Source: Callorhinchus milii (lineage: Eukaryota). Taken from it: a stretch of DNA of 64,000 nt. Positions within the stretch are counted from its first letter, which is position 1. Every line of letters starts with the position of its first letter. The notes under the pieces were generated by a model. The model had not been told where the DNA came from. It did no database searches and worked only from the letters and a program-made list of their open reading frames with translations. The stretch covers positions 83,206,001-83,270,000 of the forward strand of contig NW_024704743.1 of NCBI RefSeq assembly GCF_018977255.1, given 5' to 3'. Below are positions 44,331-56,446 of this stretch, piece by piece. Both the position numbers and the translations under genes were made by a program.

Positions 44331-46879
44331 CACATATAATTTATAGGCAAATATTGCAACACATCAAGTTTGGTGTACAGTTAGATACAGTGATCACTGT
44401 GTTGCCATTAAGCTTCACTAAATACAACAAATGTTTAATCCTCTGATGTTTGCTTCAGGTATTCCCACAAAATTATGCTGAGCGTCCATCATCAGATTAC
44501 AAGGTTATTGCATCCATCACACGTAGCAGCAAAATAAAACCCTGGCAGGCTTTTTTTTAAAAAAGAAATGAAATCTGCATTGAAGTACCACCATAGCAGC
44601 GATGGGTTTTCTGATCATGTAATAATCGATTGAAAGTGTATGGCGTAAAGGCAGGAGAGTGGGACTAAACAACAATCTCTTTCAGAGAGCTGATGGGCCA
44701 AATGGCCTCCTGTTGTAAATTTCTGTGGTTTGATCACATCAAAGAATTTTACATGTTTTGAGTTGCCTTATTACCCCTCCCCCCATGTTGTTATTATCAA
44801 AGTCACTCTTAGACAATGTGACCCAGTAAGCCGTTCAGAGATCTTTTGCTTGTGAGAAACATTTCCATGTTTGCAGCAGCAGAAATGCAGTTCCACCTGC
44901 TTCTTCACAATGATGCTTTTGGAAAGAGTGCCCACAACTGCAAAAGTGCAGTGTTTCGAAAATAATGGCAACCGCACAACTCTACCTTTCTTCCACCCAG
45001 TTTCTATTTGTAGCTCTTTACTCCTTTTGTAATATGCCACACAAAGCCTTGTGCATGAGGGTTGGCTTATATCCAGTATTTGATATAACGCCTAGAATGG
45101 CGAAAGCACTCCGTAGTAATTACTGTTATGTGTAATGTATATTTGTAGGCAAACGAGGCAGCCATTTAGCCCCACAAACAGCAAGACAATGAATGATCAA
45201 CTTACATGGAGGTTTGTTGGCCAGGACCCTGAGAGAAATTCTCTTGTCTTTTTGAATCGTATCCACAGGTTGTGACTGAAGGAGGGAGACAGTGACACTC
45301 CAGCCAGTTGACTTCATGTTGTATCTAACCCTCGTGATTAACCAGGTGAGATTGGCAGCTCACCATAAAATGGGCGCAAATGTTTAACCAATGCACTTCG
45401 CCAATAACGCTCCATGCCAACGCTGAATATATCATCACTGTGTCATTCCAGCGCCTTGGGACGCCCTACCGACGTGAAAGGTGCTATACAAATTAATTTT
45501 GTTGTTGTTGTAAATTATTAGACTCTCCTAATCTATTAGCATAATCATGCAGCCTCCTCACCCTCTCTTCTGAAACACTATTGACCATTAAAGCTTTCCT
45601 CCAATTTGTTCAGAACAATGCCCCTCTCCATCCTCAAAGTTAACAAATGCATAGTTACAACCCTTTAATAGTAAAATTCTGTGAATTGCTTTGAGACGTT
45701 TCAAAATGTGGCAAGGCACAGTGTCAAATGCAAGGATTATTATTAGTGGTAATATATAGCACGTGTAGTGAAAAATGATAATAATAATAATCCTTGTAGA
45801 AGTGTAGATTCATGTAGAAGTGTCTCGCTGTATTGCATTTTTTGCAATGCCACGTTTTCATGGCGTGTGTGTGTGGAGGGGGTGGGGTGCAAGAGAGCTG
45901 TGTGGAAAGGATTCTATAATTCTGTAATATGATTTGAAAATATTTGTGCAGTGCTTTCACCTAACACAAATGTTGACAAAACCTTCTGTTTTGTGTTAAT
46001 TCATTCGAGTTTGAAGAAACAACCAGCTTTATAGCTAAGGAAGTAGAGAGAATTGTTTTTTTATATATATAATGGAAATTAAAATGGAAAGCAGATGCTC
46101 ACTGATTAAGGGCATACAGGTGGTGAAGGAACTGCTCTGATACAAACTGCGTGTTGCTAGTCAAGAAACAGCTGTCTCCTAGTTCATCACCAGATTTGTA
46201 TGCAACTTACACCAGCACTTAGAGTAGGCAGTGTTTCTCATCTCTATGCAGTGTGCTGGATACACAACAATGAATGACTGGGAGTGGGCTATAAACCAGA
46301 AAGACAATAGAGGCATTCAGACAGCATTGTGCGCAAGACTGAAGTGCAAACAGTTAATGCAAATCATGTGGCTCATGAGTCACTGCTTTTAGTTGCCTCC
46401 TAAACTGCATCACAACAGCATTTAAAAGGAAATTGGATAAACGCTTAAGGGGAAAAAAATCATTCTAAAGAGTATGGGGAAAGGGCAGGGGAATCCGATC
46501 AGATTTCTCCAATGCGAGAGCTACAGTGGAGGAGCTCCAGTGACATCCCATCTGCACACATACAATGGACCAAATTGTTCGCTTTTGTGCTGTAAACGTT
46601 CAGTGATTCCTGTTGTTTCTGAAGTCGATACAGTTTTCATTTGTGGGTGTTGAAAACAGAATGGAAAACCAATATTTTGAAGCCGTTTCACTTCTTTGTG
46701 CTGTGAAACCTTTACCCGGTCTCTAGGGGTTACGTCACTTCACTTGTTCAGGTGTGCCAATCACTCCCCCCCCCCCCCCCCCCACACCCGCCACCCACAT
46801 TGTGCACATATCACGATATTAGCAGGACATTGCTGGTACAAATGGCTGCCATGTTTGCCTACAAAACAGTCACTACAAT

Positions 46880-47252
46880 CAATTTCGAGATCCTCACAGT
46901 CGTTTTCAAATCCCTTCATATGCTGACACCTCTCTACCTCTCCGACCTGTTTACCCCACAACCCACAAACCCCTGCCTCTGCTCGACTGGCTCTGGCCTT
47001 CTGCCCTCCATTCCACCACTGGTGGCCGCGCTTTCAGCCACTCCACCCCGAAACTCTGGAACACTCTTCCTCTATCCCTCCGCCTTGCCCCTTTCTTCCC
47101 CATCCTCAAGACGTGCCTGACGACCTTCTTATTCGACCAGCCTAAGGTCACCTCTGCCTCTTTCCCGGTTCCGAATCATGCTGCATACTGTCAAGCACTC
47201 TAGGACACTACCCTGTGTGAGGGGCACTATATCAATGCAAGTTGTTGTTGTT
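46880..47252 (+). mobile_element. L2 3' end fragment
   Basis: Reads INFEILTVVFKSLHMLTPLYLSDLFTP..LCSTGSGLL; tail ggcactatatcaatgcaagttgttgttg. Confidence 0.8.
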
Positions 47253-47749
47253 ATAATTGACGGTAATTACCTGGAGGGAAGAGAGTCAGAGCCGGACACA
47301 AGTGCAGAGATTGATGTGTGATGTGTATATCAGTTCACGGGAATGTACCTAGGAATACCAATCGGCACGCAGGAAAGATGGAAATATATATATAGATTAT
47401 AACTTCCGACAGCTGCTCGCAAAGACCATGAGCTAATGTGCGACAAGAAGAGAGCAGGAACATCCCGGGGATTTTGAGGCTGCACAGAGAGCGACGGGTG
47501 GGCCTGTGTGTTAATTGGATCTGGCTACACCTCTGTTTGAGACATCTCAATGTAACGAGCTGCTATAAAAATGGAAGTTCTTTCTTTTATTTGCTTGCTT
47601 GTTTCATACAAGCCAAAATTGTTAAGCGCCTTAGGATGTCCCACTGATATGAAAGGCGTTATATTAAATCATATTAAGAATAATCCTTGCCTTTGGTATA
47701 GCACTTTTCATGTCAGGAGGACATCCCAAAGTGCTTCACAGGCTTTTCA

Positions 47750-48420
47750 ACAACAACAACAAGATTCCATTTATAGAGCACCTTTCACGTCGGGAGGACG
47801 TCCCAAGGCGCTGGAAAGTTGGGTCAGGACCCGAGCAGGGGGAAATGGTGAGGGAAATGAGGGAAGGGATGGAGCAAGGAGGGGGTAGAGAGTCGAGAGG
47901 GGAGCTGAAGGCACGGTCAAAGAGAAAGGTCTTGAGACCGGCCTTCAAGGAGGAAAGGGAGGAGGCAAGGCGAAGGCACTGGGGGATGGAGTTCCAGAGC
48001 CTAGGGGCTGAGAGGCTGAAGGCCCGGCCACCGATGGTCGGGCGGTTGGGGCGGGGGATGTGGAGCAGACCGGAGCCAGAGGAACGGAGAGTACGGGCAG
48101 GTAGGTAGGGGGATAGTAGGTTGGAGAGGTAGGAGGGAGCAAGGCCGTGAATGGCCTTGTAGGTGAGGATGAGGATCTTGAATTCGATCCTCTGGGGGAT
48201 GGGGAGCCAGTGGAGGCGAGCGAGGGTGGGAGTGATGTGGTCCCGAAGCCTGGTGCGGGACAGTACACGAGCTGCAGAGTTCTGAATGACCTGCAGCTTG
48301 TGGAGGGAGGTGCGGGAAGGCTGGCGAGGAGAGAGTTCCCATAGTCCAGCCTTGAGGTGATAAAGGCGTGGACCACAGTTTCAGCAGCGTGAGGGGTGAG
48401 GTAGTGCCGTAGTCTGGCAC
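47750..48420 (-). mobile_element. Young L2 LINE, 5'-truncated, inserted in a SINE tail
   Basis: VHAFITSRLDYGNSLLASLP...SFKAGLKTFLFDRAFS; tail agcgccttgggacgtcctcccgacgtgaaagg..tcttgttgttgttg; host SINE at 47678-47748 resumes near 48428. Confidence 0.92.
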
Positions 48421-48479
48421 TAGTGACTTCAGTAAAGTCAAGTGACTGTGTTTTGTGGGCAAATTGTTATGGAGTGTAT

Positions 48480-48630
48480 TGGGGTATGGGTGGGGGGAGC
48501 GAGGTGGAGAGGAGGCTTGGGAGAGGCTTTTGGCGAAGTTGAGGCTCATGTGGTGTATAAATACTGGCACAGACTAGTTGGGCCGAATGACCTGTTTCCA
48601 TGCTTTGGATTCTCTATAATTCTATGATTT
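48480..48630 (+). mobile_element. CR1-type 3' UTR/tail remnant
   Basis: actggcacagactagttgggccgaatgacctgtttcc..attctatgatt; antisense relative at about 34555-34620. Confidence 0.7.
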
Positions 48631-49411
48631 GTGCTGTTTTGCTCAAAAACTGCTAATAAAATAATCCTTGCATTTAATATGCCACCTTTCACATTAGGAG
48701 GACGTCTTAAAGCTCTTACAGAATTCTCTGTACAGTGACTATATATTTCATAGGCAAATGGAGTCAAATTTGTATCAGTTTGTAGCAGTTACTTGTTCTT
48801 AATGAAGGAATCCAAATGGGACTGGAATTCTTCTGGATTCGGGTAGCTCGTGCATCTCATGCTTAAATACTCTCCGGGAGTAGTTCTCGTCAGAGCGAAG
48901 TTCTCTGGAGACAGAAGTTACATTAAGGAACTGTTAAGGAATCCTGTTAGAGAATTATGGATAGTAGATCGCTCTGTCTCCATTTCTCTGCATATGTGGT
49001 AAGCTGCTGGTCCAGGCCTGGGTTATTTTAGATAAGAATTTCAAATACTGACATTTAAATTTGAACAGCTCCCCTCCAGTTATACATTATTTCCTACTTC
49101 TGTCTCCTAAGGCTGGAGATGAAAAGCCCCCATTGATGTAGTGCACATGATGCCTCGGTTCAAACTGAATGGCCTGCTCTGAATCAGCTATGGACCTTAG
49201 CAAACAAGGGACACTGCTGTTCATTTGAGCTCAATATTGTGGTTTGCTAAGTGAGAGGATAAGTAGGGAATGATTCTTCAAACATCAGTACATTGAATAA
49301 CCATGCTGGTGAGCTTCAACTAACTGGCTGCTATTGACCAATACTATTTCCTTAACTGGTCCATGGAGCTTGTCCATTTTCTTCTTTTATGTCCTCAGGC
49401 TGTTAATTTAT

Positions 49412-49728
49412 AATAATAATAATAATCCTTGCATTTGATATAGCACTTCTCATGTCTTCTAGACGTCCCAAAGCGCTTCATAGAATATACTGTAAAGTGA
49501 ATTGACTGTATATTTGTGGGCGAACGCGACAGCCAATTGCGCACAGCAATGTCCCACAGACAGTCGTGGATTGAAAATGACCAATTTATTATTGTTTTGT
49601 TTTTTTGGAGGGATTATTATTAGGTGTGTGGAGTAAAGAAACTTGCCCAAGGTTTCGCCCTGTCTGGAATTGAACTCAGGTCTCTCACTTGCAAAGCGAG
49701 TGCTCTAACCACTGAGCTACAGGACTCC
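49412..49728 (-). mobile_element. tRNA-Ala SINE, short subfamily, full length with 7 bp TSD
   Basis: Complete head ending ..actgagctacaggactcc; TSD AATTTAT at 49405-49411 and 49729-49735. Confidence 0.93.
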
Positions 49729-50164
49729 AATTTATGCCTGGGCACGATTCCAACATTGCCAGCAGCTTACCACTCCCACCCAAGTGATGGTGCTCCATGT
49801 TTTGAGACTAAACTCGTCTGTAACGTCATAGCTCATCTCCCACACAAGGCTGCAAGGGCCCATTATACCCATCCTCACCCTTCTCCACTGGCTCCCTGTT
49901 CCCCAGATCCTGGTACCTACCTTCCAATGGACTTAACTCTTGCCTCCTTCCCACTACATTACCTCTGAGATCTTCTATAATCCTACATCCCTGAGCCACT
50001 CCTCCCAGTCTGTCAACTCAGGTTTGTTTTATGTCTGTCCCATCGGTGGGCAAGCATTCAGTGACTTCAACCCTGCTCTCTGGAACTTTCTCCCTAAATC
50101 CCTCCGCCTCGTAGCAAAGGCCCTTCAGAACACTATTCCAGAATCCTTATCCTTCCAGAACACC

Positions 50165-50272
50165 CTACCTCCCATCACAGTATTCAGCAGATTTTTAAAT
50201 GAGTCCAGTGTCCTAGCTTCTATCACTCTGCCTGGCAATCTGTTGCAGTTCTTAATTACCCTCTCATTTAAC
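50165..50272 (-). mobile_element. CR1 ORF2 C-terminal fragment
   Basis: Minus strand NERVIKNCNRLPGRVIEARTLDSFKNLLNTVMG, the CR1 end motif. Confidence 0.7.
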
Positions 50273-50277
50273 TCAAC

Positions 50278-50548
50278 AGAGCACTCGCTTTGCATGCGAG
50301 AGACCTGGGTTTGATTCCCGTCAGGGCGAAACCTTGGGCAAGTTTCCTTACTGCACACGCCTAATAATAATCCCTCAAAAAAAAATTGGTCATTTCAATT
50401 CACGACTGTTTGTGGGACACTGCTGTGTGCAATTGGCTGCTGCGTTTCGCCCACAAAAATACAGTCAATTCACTTTACAGTCTATTCTGTGAAGCGCTTT
50501 GAAACATCGAGAAGACGTGAAAGGCGCTGTATCAAATGCAAGGATTAT
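50278..50548 (+). mobile_element. tRNA-Ala SINE, short subfamily, slightly 5'-truncated
   Basis: agagcactcgctttgcatgcgagagacctgggtttgattcc..ccttgggcaagtttccttac..(ATT)n. Confidence 0.9.
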
Positions 50549-50704
50549 TATTATTATTATTATTATAATACGGTGCCCAAACTGGGCACTTTCCTGGCCT
50601 GTATGGCTCAGAGATGGAACTTAGGTTTGATTAGCCGGGTGTCTGACACATGCGGAAATCATCACCATATTAAACGTATCCAAATCAAACAAGAGTTCCA
50701 TGGA

Positions 50705-50860
50705 ACAAAACACAAAATATTGCAGATGCTGGAAATCTGAAAACAAAAACAGGAGTCGCTGGGAACACTCAGTAGGTCAGGCAGCATCTATGGAGAAAGG
50801 AAAGTGAGTCAAAGTTTCAGGTCCACGACCCTTCGTCCCAGCAACTTCTGTTTTTGTTTT
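50705..50860. mobile_element. Penelope-like pseudo-LTR mini-insertion with 14 bp TSD and internal inverted repeat
   Basis: TSD AAGAGTTCCATGGA at 50691-50704 and 50861-50874; gcagatgctggaaatctgaaaac..ctcagtaggtcaggcagcatctatggaga; 25 bp inverted repeat 50740-50764 / 50836-50860. Confidence 0.75.
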
Positions 50861-52317
50861 AAGAGTTCCATGGATCCCAATTTTTATTCACTGAGCCATT
50901 GGGGAAGCTCCGGTGGCTTTGAGGTAAGAGAGATACCCGATTGGAATGGTCATATGTCTAACTGCGAAGCTCCAAATGTTCCCACTTGCCATTCGCTGAC
51001 TGCTGTAATGTTGAGCTTCAGTTTCACATTTATTCACTATTTGAAATATATTAAATAAAAATGTGGCAAATTGGATGCGTCCACATTTGTTTTTGGTGGA
51101 GAGGACTGCTTTTAACAAAAAAAAGAAAAACTCTTTTATTGAGAGGCATCTTTTGTATGTGCATGGTACGCATATGAAATTTAATTGATTTTACTGAAGC
51201 AAAAATCAATGAGTTTATTTCCATCCAGAAGACACTTTGCTGAAATGTAATTATCGATTAGTCCAAGTGAAAGAGTTAAATAGTTGCGGTCTGACATCTC
51301 TCTTTTTGTTTCTGTTTGTTGTCATTTTGAAGAAGGCCACCAGGCAATTACAGGCACAAATGTTTATGCGAATAGAAAGATTAAACAGTGATGTCTACTG
51401 AACTAGTCAGCCACCCCTGACAGTAGGTGTAGACCTCATACATACATAAGCACGTGTCAGTAAAATAGCGCGCGAGTAGATTTCTGATGACCATTTTGGG
51501 TCCCTGTTCAGAGTTTTCTGCCATGGTTTAATGTGGGGTCTGTTTCTTTTAATCTCTTTTATTGAGCTAATTGTAGAAGTACAAAATTGCACTGCACGCC
51601 TTGCATTTTTACTCTCATTCTGCAAGTTCAGGACAAAAGAATCTCTGGTTTTTTGAGTAGTAGTGGGTGGGGGGAGGGAGAGGAAGAAGCAAAATTTTGA
51701 GAACAACTGAGAAGAAAGGAACATTTTTCTGCAGCACAGAAGATGAACTGAATAATGTCATCTGTGATTTAATTAGTAAATTCCCAGTTTGCTGACAGTG
51801 TAAGTTTGCTTTGAAGATGTGCTGCTTTCTGTCACTTGCCTACAATGGATCGGGCGAGTTTGGTTCTGTTAATAATAGATGAACAAAACAAACTCACTGA
51901 AATTCAAACAGTACATAAATCATAGTTATTGTGATCTAAATATTCGAAATAAGTTTTTTTTTAAAAAGACATCTGCATTACTGATACGTTTGTCAGGAAA
52001 ATGCATTGCCTCCCAGGGTATTTTCATTATTAATACTGAATGCATTCAGTTTCCTTTACACTTAATAAATGAGGAAAGAAAACTGCAAGATTACAGAATT
52101 ATTGTCCACTTCCATTCTGCTTTTCAAATGACAATAAGAAGTCAACATGTAAGGTATAAGCACTTTGACGAGTTATATTTTGCTAGTGCTTGTAATTTCT
52201 CTCCTTGAGATCCTTCTGGATCTCTTTAGAGATGCCCTTTAGAGAGGAGAGTTGAGAAGTCCAGAGACACCACACTGCTGATGTCGCTGCTTGCTTAACC
52301 ATTCAGGAAGGCATGCT

Positions 52318-52725
52318 TTGGCCTGGCTGAACTGGTAGCACAGTCACCTCTGACTGAGAAGGCTGTGGAGACTTTGAATTCACAATCTAGTTTGATGCTC
52401 CAATGGAGTGCTGATGAAGCACTGCTCTGTTCAAGGTGCCATCCTTCGGATGAAACATTGAAACAAGGTCTCGTCTGCCTGCTCACATGCATGATAAAGA
52501 TGGTGCTCTTCGGAAAAGAGAAGGGAGTTGCCTCCAGGGTCCTGGCCAACATTCTCCCAAATAAAATTGGTCATTCACTTCATGGCTGTTTGTGGTACAT
52601 TGTTATGCGCAATTTGGTTGCCGTGTTTGTCTACAAATACAGTCACTCCACTTTACAGAAAAATCTTGCAAAGAGCTTTGAAAAGTGAAAGATTCTATAG
52701 CGCATGTAAGGATTATTATTATCAT
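52318..52725 (+). mobile_element. Deu-domain SINE, near full length, degraded
   Basis: gcctggctgaactggtagcac..ctctgactgagaaggctgtg head; ggtgccatccttcggatgaaacattgaa; cctggccaacattc; L2-type tail aaggattattatt. Confidence 0.8.
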
Positions 52726-54328
52726 TTATGATACGCAGCCACATAGCCTCTCTCTTGCTGGATAGAACACTCGCTCTAATTTTTAGAGGAGGCTTGAGTG
52801 CAGATGTTAGGTGAGATCAAGATTTAGAGCTTGATACTCCTAATTGAGAGTCTGTTAGACCATAGTTATTATTTCTTGCACAACGATTTCATTTGCCAAA
52901 ATGCAATAGTTTATATAAAAGTAGTAATAGATTATATTTTGATGGTAATTTTATGTGTTCCCGGCAGCTTTACTTAAAGCTCCCTTTCTACATTCCTTGG
53001 ACTAGGTTTTTCTTCTTGTAAACACTCTTCAGAATGGAAAGACATCGCTGGCTTGCTGATTGAAAGAAACTGGCGTTGATTGCTGATAAGCCACCTGGAA
53101 AGAAGGGCATCGCAGAGCTAATGAAAAAATGGCCTTGATCTGAAAGGGTGATGCACTTTCTCCCACTTGCACTTTATGCTAAAAAAATCCATTGGTTAAA
53201 GCAGGGAGTCAAGCAACAAGGTATAAATGTTGAGATCTGTTGATTGGAGCTCTCCGGTAGAAATTAACTTACTCCGTGTGTCAGGTTGTAGCCCAACTCA
53301 ACATTCCTTCCACCTTCATTTAAATATAGTGAATATCACATAATTCCAAAGACAGTTGTGATCCAATAAAATAGCAGAACAGGCTCGATGGGCTAAATGA
53401 CCTTACTGCTGTTCCTAAGCCTTTTGAAACAATAGCATAATGCTTGTTAATTGTTAGTTTTACTGTACAGTATTAACTACGAATTGCAAACCTTCCTCAT
53501 CACTAATAACACTCCATGCAGTTAACGTGACAGTGGCAAGTGCTGTCTGGTATATCCTTTCCCATAATGTCTCTCTGTAAATATATATCTTTAAAGTCAT
53601 TTTTACTACAAAGACCTTAGTTGGGAAATGTTATGTTCAGTACACAGAGCAACAAGTGTGACCCTTATCTTGAATGTATAACTGTAGATAGAGATATGTT
53701 GTGCTGTGGTATCCAAATATTATTTATATTTTGAAACCCAAGGAGAGGTAAGAGATCTGAGGGGTCAAAATTTCAGCACTTGATACTATGACCAGTGATA
53801 ATATCAGGAGCATCATTGAATAGAACCAAAATACAGCCTTAAAGCAGTGATGGGGTAGGGGGAGTGGGTACCAGTGATATTACATACCATCATTATGACA
53901 GATCATCGGGTGTGGATGGGGAACAGGAACAGCAGACACCAAGTACTGTAAAAATATATCATGGTTTTAGGGACTTTGTACTAAACACTTAAGTCATTGC
54001 CTTCAAGCGGTATCTATGATTTTATGAATTTAATATTGTATTTGTTTTTGATTCATATCATTACGAGCAACAATAACTCTGTTTTACAACAGGCGAGATC
54101 TCTTTTGTGAGGACATTGCGGGTGCATTGTTATAATGGAGCTAGTTCTTCACAAATTGGCATACACCTTATTTGTAGTAGTTATGTCTCCAGTCAACCAA
54201 CAGTCCACTCAACAGTTTTTTTTAATAGAGCCTCACATATATCACGTCATTGCCCCATTACTATTGCAGTGTCTTTTTTCGATGTCTCCTGATACATCAA
54301 CTCCAGAAAGCTTGGCATCACATTTATC

Positions 54329-54604
54329 ATAATAATAATAATCCTTGCATTTTGATATAGCGCTTTTCACATCTTCTAGACATCTCGAAGCGCTTCACAG
54401 AATATACTATAAAGTGAATTGAATGTATATTTGTGGGCGAAACGCAACAGCCAATTGTGCACAGCGGTGTCCCACAAACAATCGTGGATTGAGTGACCAA
54501 ATTATTATTTATTTTATTTGTTTTCTTGAGGGATTATTATCAATGGAATAAGGAAACTTGCCCAGGAATTGAACCCAGATCTCTCGCTTGCAAGGCAAGT
54601 GCCA
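54329..54604 (-). mobile_element. tRNA-Ala SINE, short subfamily with internal deletion
   Basis: Family tail and body, then aggaaacttgcccaggaattgaacccagatctctcgcttgcaaggcaagtgc. Confidence 0.88.
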
Positions 54605-55335
54605 CTCATGTTTTCTTTTCAAATGGATGTCATGTTTCAGTTGTTGGTGAAGGGTGGCAGACATTAGAACTTCCTGGCCTGAGCTCTGCTTATTTTGCTG
54701 CAATAACTCATTGCTCACAGAACTAGTAATAACAGATTTGTTTTATATTAATGGAGGACTTAAGATCTGTAGATGTTTCTGCAGCTCACCCCATTGTTTG
54801 GCAATGTTGAAGCTCACAAGCATTAACTACAAAATAAAAGATCTTTATTGCAGACTCCACACTGCCAAAGTGCTGATAATACGTGGAAACATGTTTGAGT
54901 CCAGCCAAATTTTGCTCCAGCTAACCTCCCTGAATTGTATTCTCTTTTCCTAGCCCCCTCCTTTTACTGAAAATACAGTTATAAGAATAAGATTTGGTTG
55001 GGCAGAATTGTCTAAGTATGGAAGAAAAATGTAATCCCTACAAGGTTTCTTAATGCCAGCTAACCCCAGATAGCCAGCTGACTCCTCAGATAGTGAGGAG
55101 CATGTCCGTACAAGACCAGCCCATCCAGCTCACACGCATCTAGTACACAGGATAGACCACAACGACTGCAATCAAAGAGAAATAAATAGCGATAAAAGTT
55201 CTGTAATATATAACTGCACATTTGGCTTTGGTTCATTTGTATTGTACTGTCACAATAAAGAAGAATCGAAGGATAACTATACTAATCTTGAACCTAAGTC
55301 AGTAAGTTTTAATGTCCTTTCAGCTAACCCAGCTG

Positions 55336-55690
55336 TTAGCTTGGGCTCATTGGTAGCATTCTTGTCTCTGGGTCAGAAGGTTGCAGTGTCATGCACCGCA
55401 TCACTTCAATAGAGTACTGATCGAACGCTTCATTATCAGAGGTACTGTCTTTCAAATGTGATTGAGGTCCTGCTTGTCTGTTAACGATTACCTAATCCTG
55501 TTTGAAAGGGAAGGAAATTTCTCCCAGTTTTCTGCTAACAACCCTTTAGATTGACTGCTGCTTCACCTCATGGTTACTTGTGTAGCTTTGCTGCCACGTG
55601 TTTCCTACATCAACGGTCTGTTTTGCAATTAGCAAGTTTTGAAACATAATTTTTCAGCATGATAACTTATTATAACAATGCAAGTTCTAG
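55336..55690 (+). mobile_element. Highly degraded Deu-domain SINE
   Basis: ttagcttgggctcattggtagcattcttgtctctgggtcagaaggttg head; atcagaggtactgtctttcaaatg central block. Confidence 0.6.
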
Positions 55691-55747
55691 CTTTCTTTTC
55701 CATTTCCCAATGTCTTAGTCAGCAATGAAAATAGCTGCGTTAACTAC

Positions 55748-56058
55748 AATAATAATAATCCTTGCATTTGATATAGCGCTTTTCACGTCTTCGAGACGTC
55801 TTAAAGCGCTTCACAGAATATACTGTAAAGTGAATTGAATGTACATTTGTGGGTGAAACGTGGCAGCCAATTGCACACAGCAGTGTTCCACCAACAGTTG
55901 CGGATTAAAGTGACCAGTTTATTATTGTTTTTTTTCTTGAGGGATTATTATCAGGCGTGTGGAGTAAGGAAACTTACTCAAGGTTTTGCTCTGCCGGGAA
56001 TCAAAACAAGGTCACTCGCTTGTGAGTCGAGTGCTCTAACCACTGAGATACAGGACTC
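55748..56058 (-). mobile_element. tRNA-Ala SINE, short subfamily, full length
   Basis: Tail with TCGAA loop; head ..gtgctctaaccactgagatacaggactc. Confidence 0.9.
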
Positions 56059-56133
56059 TGACAAGATATCATTGGACTCCCAGTTCCCTTGGAACTGAAT
56101 TGCCTGTGTCAGAAAGTTGCGGTTTCAAGCTTA

Positions 56134-56446
56134 ATGATAATAATCCTTGCAATTGATATAGCTCTTTTCACGTCGGGAGGACGTCCCAAAGCGCTTCACA
56201 GAACACACTGTAAAGTGAATTGACTGCATATTTGTGGGCGAACGCGGCAGCCAATTGCACACAGCAATGTCCCACAAACAGTCGTAGATTGAAAATGACC
56301 AATTTATTATTGTTCTTTGTTTTGGAGGGATTATTATTAGGCGTGTGGAGTAAGGAAACTTGCCCAAGGTTTCGCCCTGCCTGGAATTGAACTCAGGTCT
56401 CTCGCTTGCAAAGCGAGTGCTCTAACCACTGAGCTACAGGACTCCA
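56134..56446 (-). mobile_element. tRNA-Ala SINE, short young subfamily, full length
   Basis: Least diverged copy; anticodon arm CTCGC-TTTGCAA-GCGAG (TGC = Ala); probable TSD AGCTTA at 56128-56133 and 56449-56454. Confidence 0.94.

Noticed and set aside
46765..46783. Long poly-C run as a functional element
   Set aside because: Simple homopolymer next to decayed TE sequence; its length is unreliable in an assembly that may have homopolymer errors.
56380..56446. tRNA-Ala(TGC) genes (also at 11845-11909, 49665-49728, 60154-60220)
   Set aside because: They are SINE heads: no proper acceptor stem or terminator, and each runs into the SINE body and tail.
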